64,000 bases of DNA from Arcobacteraceae bacterium. GTDB lineage: Bacteria; Campylobacterota; Campylobacteria; Campylobacterales; Arcobacteraceae. Positions 25,515 to 36,213 of the stretch are shown here, one piece after another. The notes beneath the pieces are model-generated. The model saw nothing but the letters and a program-made list of their open reading frames with translations, ran no database searches and had not been told where the DNA came from. The position numbers were made by a program, and so were the translations under genes. The stretch spans positions 736,001 through 800,000 of the forward strand of contig OY759974.1 in the NCBI GenBank assembly GCA_963662945.1. The letters are read 5' to 3'. Within the stretch, counting starts at the first letter, position 1, and the number at the start of each line of letters is the position of its first letter.

Positions 25515-25997
25515 ATGAAATCATATACAGCAGATATCTGTGATAAACATCCACATGAAGTACAAGTACTAGACCCAATATTACAATCTTTTGGTGGCGT
25601 TTCAATGTGCCATGGAGAGATTGTAACAGTAAAACTTTTTGAAGATAATAAGGCTTTAGTAGAACTCTTAAGAGATAATAAGGGGCATGGGAAAGTATGT
25701 GTTGTTGATGTTGAAGGTGATTATTGTGCTGTAGTTGGTGAAACACTTATGGGATATGCTTATCATAACGGTTGGGAAGGTATCATCATCAATGGTTATG
25801 TAAGAGACACACACCAAACTACACAAATACCTGTAGGACTTTGGGCTTTGGGAACTTATCCATTTAAAAGCCAAAAGAAACAAGTAGCAGAACACAATAT
25901 TGAACTAAACTTTGGAAATGTTACTTTTAGAGTTGGTGAGTTTTTATATGCTGATAGAGATGGAGTTGTTGTAACAAAAGAGAATATAGTTTTATAG
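25515..25997 (+). CDS. rraA: RraA family / putative 4-hydroxy-4-methyl-2-oxoglutarate aldolase
   Basis: TADICD, TVKLFEDN, GWEGIIINGYVRD and YADRDGVVV motifs. Confidence 0.9.
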   Translation: MKSYTADICDKHPHEVQVLDPILQSFGGVSMCHGEIVTVKLFEDNKALVELLRDNKGHGKVCVVDVEGDYCAVVGETLMGYAYHNGWEGIIINGYVRDTHQTTQIPVGLWALGTYPFKSQKKQVAEHNIELNFGNVTFRVGEFLYADRDGVVVTKENIVL

Positions 25998-26016
25998 GCT
26001 ATATTCCCTTTTCTTT

Positions 26017-27282
26017 TTAAAATCTTCTTGTAGGCCCTACATATCTTTGTCTTGGTCTTACAATTTTATTTGTTTTATCTCTTTTTTGTTCCATCCACTG
26101 TGCTATCCAACCTACTGTTCTTCCTATAACAAAAATTGGTGTAAACATACTTCTTGGTATATTTAATGATGAAAGAATAGTCCCTGAATAAAAATCTATA
26201 TTTGGATATAAGTTTCTACTTACAAAATACTCATCTGTTAAAGCAATATGTTCTATTTTATTTGCTATTTCTATAAGTTTAGAGTTAATTCCAAGCTCCT
26301 CTTGTAGTGAATCTCGAAGCTCTTTTAATACTCTTGCCCGTGGGTCAAAGTTTTTATAAACTCTATGTCCAAATCCCATAAGCTTAAATGGATCATCTTT
26401 ATCTTTAGCTTTTGCGATATATTTATCTACATTACTAACATCACCTATCATCTCTAATTGTGCTATAACTGATTCATTTGCTCCACCGTGAGCTCTTCCC
26501 CAAAGTGCATTTATCCCAGCACTAATAGCAGCATATGGATGTGCACCCGTAGAACATACAAGTCTTACTGTTGAAGTTGAGGCATTTTGCTCATGGTCAG
26601 CATGAAGTGTAAATATTGCATCAAGGGCTTTTACTTCAATATCACTAATAATTTCATGTCCTCCAGGAAATGAACGCATCATATATAAAAAGTTTTCAGT
26701 AAAATATCTATCCATATCAGGATAAACAAGTGGATAACCCATAGAGTTTCTATAAGTATATGCACAAAGGGTTGGTACTTTTGAAATAATTCTTCGTGCC
26801 ATATCTTGATACTCTTCTTCACTATTGATATTTAAGTGTTGATGATGAAAAGCACTTAAAGCTGAAACAGCAGATGATAATACAGACATTGGATGTGCGT
26901 TGTCAGGAAAAGCATCAAAAATCTTTCTAATACCCTCATTTGGATATCTTTTTATCCTCATATCTTGTTCAAAGATTGTAAACTCTTCTTTTGAGGGAAT
27001 ATTCCCTTTTAGTAGTAAATAACACACCTCAAGATAATTATGATTTTTTGCAAGATACTCTATAGGATATCCTCTATAAAGTAGTTCCCCTTTTGCACCA
27101 TCTATGTATGTTATATCTGAAGTACAACCTGCTGTCATACCAAAACCATTGTCATAAGTCCAAAGTCCAAATTCTTTATTTAAAGGAGATATATCAATAA
27201 CACCACTTCCCAATGTTGAATCATAGATATTTAAATCTATCTCTTTATTAGTTTGATTATCTCTTAGTGTCACTGTCTTCAT
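26017..27282 (-). CDS. gltA: Citrate synthase
   Basis: ITYIDG, LLYRGYPI, HADHEQNAST, HGGANE, GFGHRVYK and NIDFYSG motifs. Confidence 0.96.
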   Translation of the reverse strand: MKTVTLRDNQTNKEIDLNIYDSTLGSGVIDISPLNKEFGLWTYDNGFGMTAGCTSDITYIDGAKGELLYRGYPIEYLAKNHNYLEVCYLLLKGNIPSKEEFTIFEQDMRIKRYPNEGIRKIFDAFPDNAHPMSVLSSAVSALSAFHHQHLNINSEEEYQDMARRIISKVPTLCAYTYRNSMGYPLVYPDMDRYFTENFLYMMRSFPGGHEIISDIEVKALDAIFTLHADHEQNASTSTVRLVCSTGAHPYAAISAGINALWGRAHGGANESVIAQLEMIGDVSNVDKYIAKAKDKDDPFKLMGFGHRVYKNFDPRARVLKELRDSLQEELGINSKLIEIANKIEHIALTDEYFVSRNLYPNIDFYSGTILSSLNIPRSMFTPIFVIGRTVGWIAQWMEQKRDKTNKIVRPRQRYVGPTRRF

Positions 27283-27407
27283 AGTCTTTTCCTTATTATA
27301 AAAATTTATATTTCAATCTTATCTTATTTACAATTAGAGTTTGTTTTATTTTAGAATATAGCACCATAAAGAAAGATACTTGATAAATAAATTTGAGAAG
27401 TTATCAA

Positions 27408-29969
27408 TTACTCTTCAAGTTTAAAAATAATTTTAAAACAAGCACCTTTATAATCTTTATCTTGATATTGAAACTCATCATTATAGACATAAATTGTTTG
27501 ATGGTGTCTTTGAGTGATAATTTTATGACTCATTGAAAGTCCCAATCCTGTACCATTTGATTGGTGTTTAGTAGTAAAGTATGGTTCAAAAATTCTTTCA
27601 ATAATAGAAGAAGGAATACCTCCTCCATTATCACAAATTTTTAACTCTAAACTTGCATTATCTAAACTTTTTGTAGAAATAAATATCCTTCTATCACTTT
27701 CTTCTGTATTTTCTATAAGTGCATCTTTAGCATTATTGATTATATTTATTAGTGCCTGTTGTAATTCATTTTTATTTGCATTTATTTGTAAATCATCTTC
27801 TATAGATAAAATTAATTTTATATAATTATTTGAAAGAGAAGCTTTTAAAAGATTTAAGGTATCTTCTAATACTTCACTTACTGAAACTAGTTTAAATGAC
27901 ACATCTCCTTTAATAAAATTTCTAAAATCATCAATAGTTTTAGAAAGATATTGTACATTTTCATTTATAGAATCACATGTTTCATTAAATGTTTTATCAT
28001 CAAGTAGTCCATATTCTTTTTGTACTTTCATACCAGTTGCACTTGTAGAGATCACAGAAAGTGGTTGTCTCCACTGATGTGCAATATTTCCTATCATTTC
28101 ACCCATAGAAGCTAATTTTGACTGTTCTTCTAAAAGTTTGAGTGCCGTTATATCTTTTGTAACTATCAAAATTCTATGTTTATCAGGTAATAAAGAAACA
28201 CTCATATTGATTACTATTCTTTTATTGTCTTTAACAATACATGTTTTCTGATAATTCTCAATATAACCAACTTTGAAGATTAAAGCTAATGCTTCAGTAC
28301 TTCGTTGCTTATCTTCTGGTGCAGTAAGTTCAATACAAGATTTTTCCATTAACTCTTCTCTTGTAAAACCTGTCATTTCTAAATAAGCTTGATTAAAATT
28401 AATAAAATGTGATTCTTTATCTAGTATAGCAATACCATCTTTTGAAGTATTAAAAATTGTTTCAAACTCTAATTTTTGTTCTAATATTTGCGCTGCAATC
28501 TCTTTTTGTTTTGTAATATCTCTTACTGAAGTATAGATATAATCTGTCTCTGAAATAGTAATTTTAATACTTGTTATTGAAGCATCGTATATTGAACCAT
28601 CTTTTCTTTTATGAATTGTTTCTATAGTTGTTTGTGTATTAGAAATATTTTGTATAATATTAAGTAATTCTTTCTTTGAATATTTCCCATCCCAATCATA
28701 GATGTATAATTCTTCCATCTCCCTCTCATCATATCCAAGAAGATGCATAGCCATTTTACTATACTCTAAAAGTTTTCCATCCATATTCAAAATAAAAATA
28801 CCATCTGATGCAAAATCAAGCATTGATTTATATTTGTATTTTTCAAATTCAAATTTTTCTGAAATTTCAGAAATACTATGATAACTAGCTTCTAACTCTT
28901 CATACATCTCTTCTATTTCTCGTGCATTTTCTTGTGCTTTTTCTTGTGAATGTTGCAGTTCTTCATTTAATTTTTTAAGTTTTTCTATATTTAATAAATT
29001 TTTACTAAATAATTTTACAATAATAAGTGTTACAATAAATGAACTCATAAAAGTAAAAAAAGTAACGATGAAAAACTGAAAATTAGAATCTTGATTTTGT
29101 TGTTCTATATATGATTTTTTGAGTTGCAAAATAAGATGTAACCCACCATAAATTGGTACATCTAGTTTTTTAGAAACAAAGTTTTTTGTTTCTAATAATT
29201 CACTATCAAGAATTTGTTTATACATTTTTGGAAAATCAGAAGCAATTGTATATTGAGGTTTAGAATAATATCCCCAACTTTTTGTATCTTGATAATGATG
29301 TAGAGTAAAACCTTCATTATCGCACAATATCATATCATATAAGGGTGTATTTGTAAACTCTTTAAAAAACTCATCCATTAAATAGTTTACTATTAAAACT
29401 CCACCAAATTTTCCGTCTTTACTCACAGGAAGCATGGCTCTAATAGTAGGACGATAAGGAATTTCAACTTTTCCTTGTTCTATATTAAGATCAAGTGCAG
29501 AAAACCAAACTTCTTCTAAAGGTTTTATTTTTGAGTTGAAAAAATAATATCTATTTGATTTATTTTGAAGTTTTTCAAGAGGGATAATATGTGGTTGTAA
29601 CTTTTCTTTGTCTCTATCAATTCTTATTTTTTCAAAACCGTTTTTATCAATAAATCTTAGTTGCATAAATGAAGTTTGAGACATTGCATATGATAAAAAG
29701 ATATTTTCTAAAGATTTTTGTCCTGTTCCATTTTTTAAATATGTTTCAAAACTATTCAATTGTCTGATTGATTGTAATGTTTGTTCTGACTGAAACAAAA
29801 ATTTTTTTATATAATTTTCTCTTTCTTTTGTTTTATAAACTGCATTATGCAATGCTATTCTTTGAGCATTATTTCCAAAAAATAATTTTTCTATAGCTAC
29901 ATCTACTATAGACACAATTATTGCAAAAACAATAAATATTATAAAAAGATTTAATTTTGCTTTATTCAT
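27408..29969 (-). CDS. Membrane sensor histidine kinase (periplasmic Cache-like domain, two PAS domains, HisKA-HATPase)
   Basis: Two TM helices; KSNRYYF Cache motif; two PAS repeats; H-box [27 protein letters not shown] and GTGLGL boxes. Confidence 0.93.
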   Translation of the reverse strand: MNKAKLNLFIIFIVFAIIVSIVDVAIEKLFFGNNAQRIALHNAVYKTKERENYIKKFLFQSEQTLQSIRQLNSFETYLKNGTGQKSLENIFLSYAMSQTSFMQLRFIDKNGFEKIRIDRDKEKLQPHIIPLEKLQNKSNRYYFFNSKIKPLEEVWFSALDLNIEQGKVEIPYRPTIRAMLPVSKDGKFGGVLIVNYLMDEFFKEFTNTPLYDMILCDNEGFTLHHYQDTKSWGYYSKPQYTIASDFPKMYKQILDSELLETKNFVSKKLDVPIYGGLHLILQLKKSYIEQQNQDSNFQFFIVTFFTFMSSFIVTLIIVKLFSKNLLNIEKLKKLNEELQHSQEKAQENAREIEEMYEELEASYHSISEISEKFEFEKYKYKSMLDFASDGIFILNMDGKLLEYSKMAMHLLGYDEREMEELYIYDWDGKYSKKELLNIIQNISNTQTTIETIHKRKDGSIYDASITSIKITISETDYIYTSVRDITKQKEIAAQILEQKLEFETIFNTSKDGIAILDKESHFINFNQAYLEMTGFTREELMEKSCIELTAPEDKQRSTEALALIFKVGYIENYQKTCIVKDNKRIVINMSVSLLPDKHRILIVTKDITALKLLEEQSKLASMGEMIGNIAHQWRQPLSVISTSATGMKVQKEYGLLDDKTFNETCDSINENVQYLSKTIDDFRNFIKGDVSFKLVSVSEVLEDTLNLLKASLSNNYIKLILSIEDDLQINANKNELQQALINIINNAKDALIENTEESDRRIFISTKSLDNASLELKICDNGGGIPSSIIERIFEPYFTTKHQSNGTGLGLSMSHKIITQRHHQTIYVYNDEFQYQDKDYKGACFKIIFKLEE

Positions 29970-30225
29970 TACAATTCCTAATATATAATGACAACTTATT
30001 ATTATAAAACTATATATTTTAATTTATCTTAAAAAATAAAGTTATTATAATCAACACACAAAGGCAAAAAACTACAATACTGAAATTTGCTGTACTCTAT
30101 ATCTAATGATACTATAACATTGTCACATCTAATGTCACATTTTTATAAAAATTGAATAATTATTAATGTTTGATTTATTTTTCGTTATATGTCATAATAT
30201 AAAAAATAATAAAGAAGGTTGTATT

Positions 30226-30852
30226 ATGTTTGCAATGTATGATGATGATGGATTAAATTTTCGAAGTACTATCGATAATCTTTACACTGTACATGAAATT
30301 GCACCTAGTAAGAGAATAAAAAATGATACTAAAGAAAATAAAAATAGTAGCAAATTTGATACCTTTTATAAAGGAAAAATAGATCAAGAAGCAAAAGATA
30401 AATATAAACAAATAGCAAATCTTGATACGCGTGTTGAAATATTTCATGTTGAACAAATTATGTCACATACTGCTGTTATAATTAGTGATACTCAATCTAT
30501 CAGTGAATGTTATGATATGATGCAAGAAAATGAAGTACAACAACTACTTATACAAGCAGATAACTTCAATCATCTCAAAGGGATGGTAACAAAACATGAT
30601 ATTTTAAACTACTTTATGGAAAATGTTGAAAATAGAAACATTCTAAATACGCCAATATCAGAAATTGCAAAAAACAAAATTATTACAACTGATCCTATAT
30701 CTGATATAAGAAGAGTTGCAAAAGTTATGATAGATTTTAATCTTAATGCAATTCCTGTTGTAGATGGAGAAGAAAATATATTAGGTGTAGTTACTAGACA
30801 TGATATAGTTGATGCTGTATCAAATATACCTCATCTTCAAATTTGGGCTTGA
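30226..30852 (+). CDS. CBS-domain pair protein
   Basis: VEQIMS...GMVTKHDI and AIPVVD...LGVVTRHDI. Start moved to ATG 30226 behind a GAAGG RBS; 3' end overlaps lpxK convergently by 16 nt. Confidence 0.88.
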   Translation: MFAMYDDDGLNFRSTIDNLYTVHEIAPSKRIKNDTKENKNSSKFDTFYKGKIDQEAKDKYKQIANLDTRVEIFHVEQIMSHTAVIISDTQSISECYDMMQENEVQQLLIQADNFNHLKGMVTKHDILNYFMENVENRNILNTPISEIAKNKIITTDPISDIRRVAKVMIDFNLNAIPVVDGEENILGVVTRHDIVDAVSNIPHLQIWA

Positions 30853-31805
30853 TAAGTCTGAATATACTTTTCAATAATTTCTACAGCTTTATTTTCTATA
30901 CGAACTTCTAAATCCATCAAGTAAAGATTTTCTAAATTAAATTGTTCTAGTTTCACCATATCTTTTGCTGTAGTTATTATTGCACTATCTGGGTATTTTG
31001 TAGTTATCATGTTTATATCTTCTTGGGTAAAATTATGATGATCTTCAAAAATAACTGTTGAGATATTTTTTGGCAAATATTCTAAAAGTCTATATGCTTT
31101 TGAAATGGCAGTTACTAAGATGATATTCTCTGGTAATATTTCTACTATTTTTCCATCTTTTTTAAAGGTAACAACTCTTTTGAAATCTTGATTTTCTCTT
31201 AAAACACTATCAGCAAAAGCGTACATCATCTTTGTATCTCTGTATCCTCCACTAGGAAGACAAAATATATTTGTAGGTTCCTCTTTAGGACGAATTAGTA
31301 TATCAAATTTTTTTATCTCATGATGTCTATAACCATCATCTAAAAATACAATTTTTGCCCCTAATTCTCTAGCTTTTAAGACACCATCTGTTCTATTCTC
31401 ACTTACAATGACAGTTGCATTTGGTAAAGACTGAGCTAGCAGCATCGCTTCATCACCACTAGTTTGAATATTTTCTAATATTTTCCCATTGTTAGATATT
31501 ACAGAAAGACCTTTTGATACTCTTCCATACCCTCTTAACACTATAGCAACATTTTCTCTTTCTTTTGCAAGTGCAATAATTACAGGAGTTTTTCCAGTTC
31601 CACCAACTAATAAATTACCAACACTAATAACAGGAATACCTAAGTCTATAGTCTTTTTTGATAATCGTTTGTATGCTGTAATCACACAATATAAAATAGT
31701 AAAAGGGAAAAGTAAAATCCCAACTAACCTTTGAAAAGGTGTTGGGAAAAATAGATATTGTTCAATCCATTTTATAAGAAAGCTTTTGAAAAATGTTAAA
31801 TCCAC
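30837..31805 (-). CDS. lpxK: Tetraacyldisaccharide 4'-kinase
   Basis: SVGNLLVGGTGKTP, RGYG, GDEA, LDDGYRH and EDHH motifs. Confidence 0.95.
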   Translation of the reverse strand: MDLTFFKSFLIKWIEQYLFFPTPFQRLVGILLFPFTILYCVITAYKRLSKKTIDLGIPVISVGNLLVGGTGKTPVIIALAKERENVAIVLRGYGRVSKGLSVISNNGKILENIQTSGDEAMLLAQSLPNATVIVSENRTDGVLKARELGAKIVFLDDGYRHHEIKKFDILIRPKEEPTNIFCLPSGGYRDTKMMYAFADSVLRENQDFKRVVTFKKDGKIVEILPENIILVTAISKAYRLLEYLPKNISTVIFEDHHNFTQEDINMITTKYPDSAIITTAKDMVKLEQFNLENLYLMDLEVRIENKAVEIIEKYIQTYQAQI

Positions 31806-32956
31806 TCTTGTGCTACACTCTTAATAGTATCACATACATACTCAACATCTTCATCGCTCATCGCAGGATAAATTGGTAAAGATAAAATTTGCCCATAAGT
31901 AGTTAAAGCATTGCCAAATGTTGTAATTTTTAATTTATATTTCTTTTTATAATATGTTAAAAGATGTAAAGGAATATAGTGTAATCCAGTTGAAACACCT
32001 TTCTCTTTTAAAACCCTTGCAAAACCATCTCTATTTTTACTTACTCTTATAATATATTGACTAAAAATATGTTCCTCATCAAATTCAGGAAGTGTAATAT
32101 GTTTTAATCCTGCAAGTTTTTCATTATAAATTGCAGCTATCTCTTGTCTTCTTTCACAAAAGCTGTTTGTTTTATAAAATTGTGCAAGGTTAAAGGCAGC
32201 TTCTATCTCAGTCATATCATATTTATAACCAATATCAACCACATCGTAAATATAATCTAAGTTACCAAATTCATCAAAACTACTATTAATAGCATGAGTT
32301 CTTAGAAGTTTTGCTTGAGCTGCTAATTGCTCATCATTTGTAACAATAAATCCACCTCTACTAATAGCTGTTTTACTATTTGAATAATTTGTTGAAAAAA
32401 TTGTCATATCAGCTTGCAGTGATCCTACCATTTGATCTTCATACATAGCACCCAATGCACTTGTAGCATCTTCTATTACTACTATGTCATATTTTTTCGC
32501 TATTGCATAAATTCTATTTAAATCAGGAACTCCTCCACCAACAAAAGTTACCATTAGAGCTCGTAGTTTTTTACTATTATTTTCTTCTAAATATGCTTCT
32601 AATTTATCAAGATCTATATTGAATCCATTTGCTTCAATATCTATAAAAATAGGTTCAGCATCAAAGTGTCTTACTGTTTCAGGAAGATTTACAAAAGAAT
32701 TTACACTCATTAAAACTTTATCTGCTCGTTTTAATTCCATAGCACTTAAAGCTAAATGTAAAGCAGAAGTTGCATTATTTGTTGCTATTGCATATTTTGC
32801 ACCTATAAAACTTTGTAACTCCTCTTCAAGTTCTTCAACTTTACTTGTCATTCCTGTTTCTAAATTAAGTACAGATTGAACTTGATCTCGTTCCTCTTCA
32901 TCTATTGTTGGTCTAAAAAAAGGTATTGTTTTTTTATTTTTTACATTTTTTATCAT
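31796..32956 (-). CDS. DegT/DnrJ/EryC1/StrS-family aminotransferase-like protein with divergent PLP site
   Basis: YAIATNNATSALHLAL, IEDA, TGLHYIPLH and LSLPIYP motifs. Confidence 0.85.
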   Translation of the reverse strand: MIKNVKNKKTIPFFRPTIDEEERDQVQSVLNLETGMTSKVEELEEELQSFIGAKYAIATNNATSALHLALSAMELKRADKVLMSVNSFVNLPETVRHFDAEPIFIDIEANGFNIDLDKLEAYLEENNSKKLRALMVTFVGGGVPDLNRIYAIAKKYDIVVIEDATSALGAMYEDQMVGSLQADMTIFSTNYSNSKTAISRGGFIVTNDEQLAAQAKLLRTHAINSSFDEFGNLDYIYDVVDIGYKYDMTEIEAAFNLAQFYKTNSFCERRQEIAAIYNEKLAGLKHITLPEFDEEHIFSQYIIRVSKNRDGFARVLKEKGVSTGLHYIPLHLLTYYKKKYKLKITTFGNALTTYGQILSLPIYPAMSDEDVEYVCDTIKSVAQEWI

Positions 32957-32969
32957 CTCTTCTCCCCTT

Positions 32970-33734
32970 TTATTTATTAAAATCTATATTCGCTATTGTA
33001 GGAAGTTTTCCTTTAAAAGCATTCGAAACCATTCTGTACTCTAACATATGGATTAACTTTTCATCTACACCATTTAAAATTAAATCTTCTTTACTTTTAC
33101 CATTATCTACAAGCTCTTTTAAAACATCATCCATAGTTTTATAAGAATACCCAAGTTCCTCTTCATCACTTTGACCTTCCCATAAATCAGCGCTTGGTTT
33201 TTTATTGATTATTGACTCAGGCACACCTAAAAATCTTGCGAACTCAAACTCATCACTTTTATACATTTGACCAATTGGATTTATAGCACAAGCTGTATCT
33301 CCAAACAATGTTCCATATCCTAAAAGTATTTCTGATTTATTTGATGTTCCTACAACTAAAGCATTTTCCCTAGCACTTATATCATATAAAACTGACATTC
33401 TCATTCTAGCACTAAAATTTCCCATTCGTAAAGCTGATGCTTCAGGCATATGATCAAAATACCCTTTTACCATAGGTGCTATTTCAACAACCTCATAAGA
33501 GATATTAAATTTATCACAGAGTTCTTTGGCATCAACGATACTTGCGTCACTTGAAAAATGAGATGGTAAAAAAACACCATGTACATTATCACCAAAAGCT
33601 TCTTTACAAAGAACTGCAACTATAGCAGAGTCCAGTCCACCGCTAATACCTACAACAACTTTTTTTAATCCGATATTTGATACTTCATTTTTAAGAAAAC
33701 TAATCATTTGTTCTTTTATTGACTTATAGTTCAT
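32970..33734 (-). CDS. nadE: NH3-dependent NAD+ synthetase
   Basis: GISGGLDSA, NFSARMRM, GTSNKSE and PSADLW motifs; start at 33734 follows a GAGG RBS (33746 is the alternative). Confidence 0.96.
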   Translation of the reverse strand: MNYKSIKEQMISFLKNEVSNIGLKKVVVGISGGLDSAIVAVLCKEAFGDNVHGVFLPSHFSSDASIVDAKELCDKFNISYEVVEIAPMVKGYFDHMPEASALRMGNFSARMRMSVLYDISARENALVVGTSNKSEILLGYGTLFGDTACAINPIGQMYKSDEFEFARFLGVPESIINKKPSADLWEGQSDEEELGYSYKTMDDVLKELVDNGKSKEDLILNGVDEKLIHMLEYRMVSNAFKGKLPTIANIDFNK

Positions 33735-33911
33735 ATCAATCCTCATCTTTTAAATATTGAACGATTATAGCAAATTTATTATTAATCCTAAAAGATTATT
33801 TAACAATAAAGTAAGTAGTATTCAACAGTGCTTCATATTGTACTGTTAGTATATCTTTTTAAGAATAGTCGCAGTACAATATAAGAATAGATTATTTCAT
33901 GAGGTTTATAA

Positions 33912-35735
33912 ATGACAGAGAGTATTTTTTACAAAAAACTCATTACCCCGATTATTGTAAGCATATTATTAATAGCTTTAGTGTTTTTAGGGTTTTATCC
34001 AAATATTAGTATGATATTAGGTGGTATTGCTTTATTCTTAATTGGTATGGAGTACATGGAAAATGGATTTAGAACTTTTAGTGGTGGTATGATAGAACAA
34101 GTTTTAGAAAAATTTACAAATACCACACCAAAAGCTATTACTACTGGTTTTATTGCAACAGCAATCATACAAAGTTCAAGTTTGTTATCTGTCATTATTA
34201 TCTCTTTTTTAAGTGCAGAACTTATTACTTTAGCTTCAGCGATTGGTATAATATTTGGTTCTAATATAGGTTCAACTACAACAGCTTGGCTTGTATCTAT
34301 GTTTGGACTTAAAATCAAAATTTCAGCTTATGCAATGCCTATGATAGTTATGGGAATTGTAATTCCTATTTTTCTTAAAGATAAAGCTTGGAAAGGAATT
34401 GCCTCTATTCTTATTGGTTTAGGAGTTATTTTCCTTGGTATTGGATATATGAAAGATGGTTTCGAAGTTTTAAAAGAAGGAATGAATCTAGCAGAATATG
34501 CAATGGGCGGATATGTTGGTGTATTTGTTTATGTATTAGTAGGTGCAGTTGCAACAGTAATTATACAATCAAGTGCCGCTACAATGGCAATTGTAATTAC
34601 AGCTCTTGCTACTGGACAAATCGAGTATGCAAATGCGTTGGCACTTGCTATTGGAGCTAACTTAGGAACAACGGTAACAGCTGTTCTTGCCTCGTTAAAA
34701 TCAAATGAGAATGGTAAGAGATTAGCAATGGCTCACTTTATATTTAATATGATTACAGGCGTTATTGCAATTGCTTTTATATATCAACTTACAGATTTAG
34801 TTGATTATATTTCTAAATTAATCGGAATTAGACTTGAAGATTATGCTATGAAATTGGCCTTATTCCATACAATCTTTAATATAGTTGGTGTAGTAGTTGT
34901 ATCACCATTTATAAAATATCTTGTTGAGTTTCTTAATAAACTTTTCATACCAAAAAATATTGAAGTTGGAAAAGCAAAATATTTAGACAACTCTATTCTT
35001 ACTATTCCAGAAGTAGCTATGAGTGCAATTACTAAAGAGGTGCAACACTTATTTCAAAATGGTTTTAAAATCATTATCCATGGTATCAATATTAAGAAAA
35101 AGAACCTTCATTCAGATATGGACTTAAAGCAAGTTATTAAAGACACTTATTCTAATGAATATATAGATATTGATGCATTTTATAGATATAAAGTAAAAGG
35201 TATTTATGGACAAATTATTGATTTTGCTACAAGAGCACAGGGTAATATGAATGCTGAAGATAATGCACATAATCTAGAACATCTTTATAAACTAAAAGTT
35301 GCAGCTAGAGATATTGTTGAGGCAGTAAAAGATACAAAACATCTTCAAAAAAATCTCAAAAAATATGCTAAAAGCAAAAATATGTATGTGAAAGAACAGT
35401 ATGATCAACTAAGAGAAGACTTAGCAACACTTCTTAGGGATATTGACTCGCTTTTATATGTGAAAGAACAACATGAAATTGTATTAATACTTTCAAAAGC
35501 AAAAGTCCATTCACAAAAATATGATATGCTTGCAAATGGAAGACTAGATAATCTTATTAGAGAAAACCTCATCACAGCAGAGATGGCAACATCGTTGATG
35601 AATGACAGTACTTATGCTTATGATATAAGTAAAAACCTTATAGATATGGCTGAAGTTATCTTCGTAGACAACAATTTGGCAAACAATATTTTAGTAGATG
35701 ATGATGATATAGATGATTTACTAAACCAAGAATAA
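33912..35735 (+). CDS. Na+/Pi cotransporter family protein with C-terminal PhoU-like region
   Basis: Duplicated QSSS/QSSA...GSNIGSTTT/GANLGTTVT motifs, many TM helices, helical C-terminus. Confidence 0.92.
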   Translation: MTESIFYKKLITPIIVSILLIALVFLGFYPNISMILGGIALFLIGMEYMENGFRTFSGGMIEQVLEKFTNTTPKAITTGFIATAIIQSSSLLSVIIISFLSAELITLASAIGIIFGSNIGSTTTAWLVSMFGLKIKISAYAMPMIVMGIVIPIFLKDKAWKGIASILIGLGVIFLGIGYMKDGFEVLKEGMNLAEYAMGGYVGVFVYVLVGAVATVIIQSSAATMAIVITALATGQIEYANALALAIGANLGTTVTAVLASLKSNENGKRLAMAHFIFNMITGVIAIAFIYQLTDLVDYISKLIGIRLEDYAMKLALFHTIFNIVGVVVVSPFIKYLVEFLNKLFIPKNIEVGKAKYLDNSILTIPEVAMSAITKEVQHLFQNGFKIIIHGINIKKKNLHSDMDLKQVIKDTYSNEYIDIDAFYRYKVKGIYGQIIDFATRAQGNMNAEDNAHNLEHLYKLKVAARDIVEAVKDTKHLQKNLKKYAKSKNMYVKEQYDQLREDLATLLRDIDSLLYVKEQHEIVLILSKAKVHSQKYDMLANGRLDNLIRENLITAEMATSLMNDSTYAYDISKNLIDMAEVIFVDNNLANNILVDDDDIDDLLNQE

Positions 35736-35744
35736 AAGGAAAAT

Positions 35745-35996
35745 ATGATGGGAATAAAAAAATTTATCAAATCTATCAAAGATGCTTTTGATATAAAAGT
35801 ATCAAAAAAAGAGGGTAAAAAAGCAAAAATCAAAGAACTGATTCGAGAACTTAAAACTAAACGAAGAGAGATTAAAGAAAAAATAGAAGATACAAATAAC
35901 AAACATAAATTAGAAGATTTAGAAGAAGATTTTGAGATTATAAAGCTTCAAATTAAAAAAAGTAAAAAAATTCTTCGGAATTTAAATAATGACTAA
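35745..35996 (+). CDS. Small basic coiled-coil hypothetical protein
   Basis: 83 aa, Lys/Glu-rich, AAGGA RBS, coupled to neighbours. Confidence 0.7.
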   Translation: MMGIKKFIKSIKDAFDIKVSKKEGKKAKIKELIRELKTKRREIKEKIEDTNNKHKLEDLEEDFEIIKLQIKKSKKILRNLNND

Positions 35997-36213
35997 AGTT
36001 CTTTTAGTTTGTTTTTTCTTTATACAAGCTGCTTATTGTGTAAACTATAGTGAGATGAGTACGCAAGAACTTCTTGCTATTATGGGATATGTTAAACCTG
36101 AAAATCAATCCAAATTTTTACAAGAACTAGAGAGTCGTAAAAAAAGTATGACTACTCAACAAAAAGAAATTTATAATAAAAACAAACAAAAAATAGACAA
36201 AAAAGAAAAATGA
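35989..36213 (+). CDS. Small exported protein, DUF1104-like
   Basis: Signal peptide followed by NYSEMSTQELLAIMGYV...F..EL..R...M. Confidence 0.72.
   Translation: MTKVLLVCFFFIQAAYCVNYSEMSTQELLAIMGYVKPENQSKFLQELESRKKSMTTQQKEIYNKNKQKIDKKEK

Noticed and set aside
19653-27282. Possible horizontally acquired island around the glm operon
   Set aside because: No integrase, flanking direct repeats, tRNA junction or obvious composition shift by eye; a codon-usage or k-mer analysis would be needed
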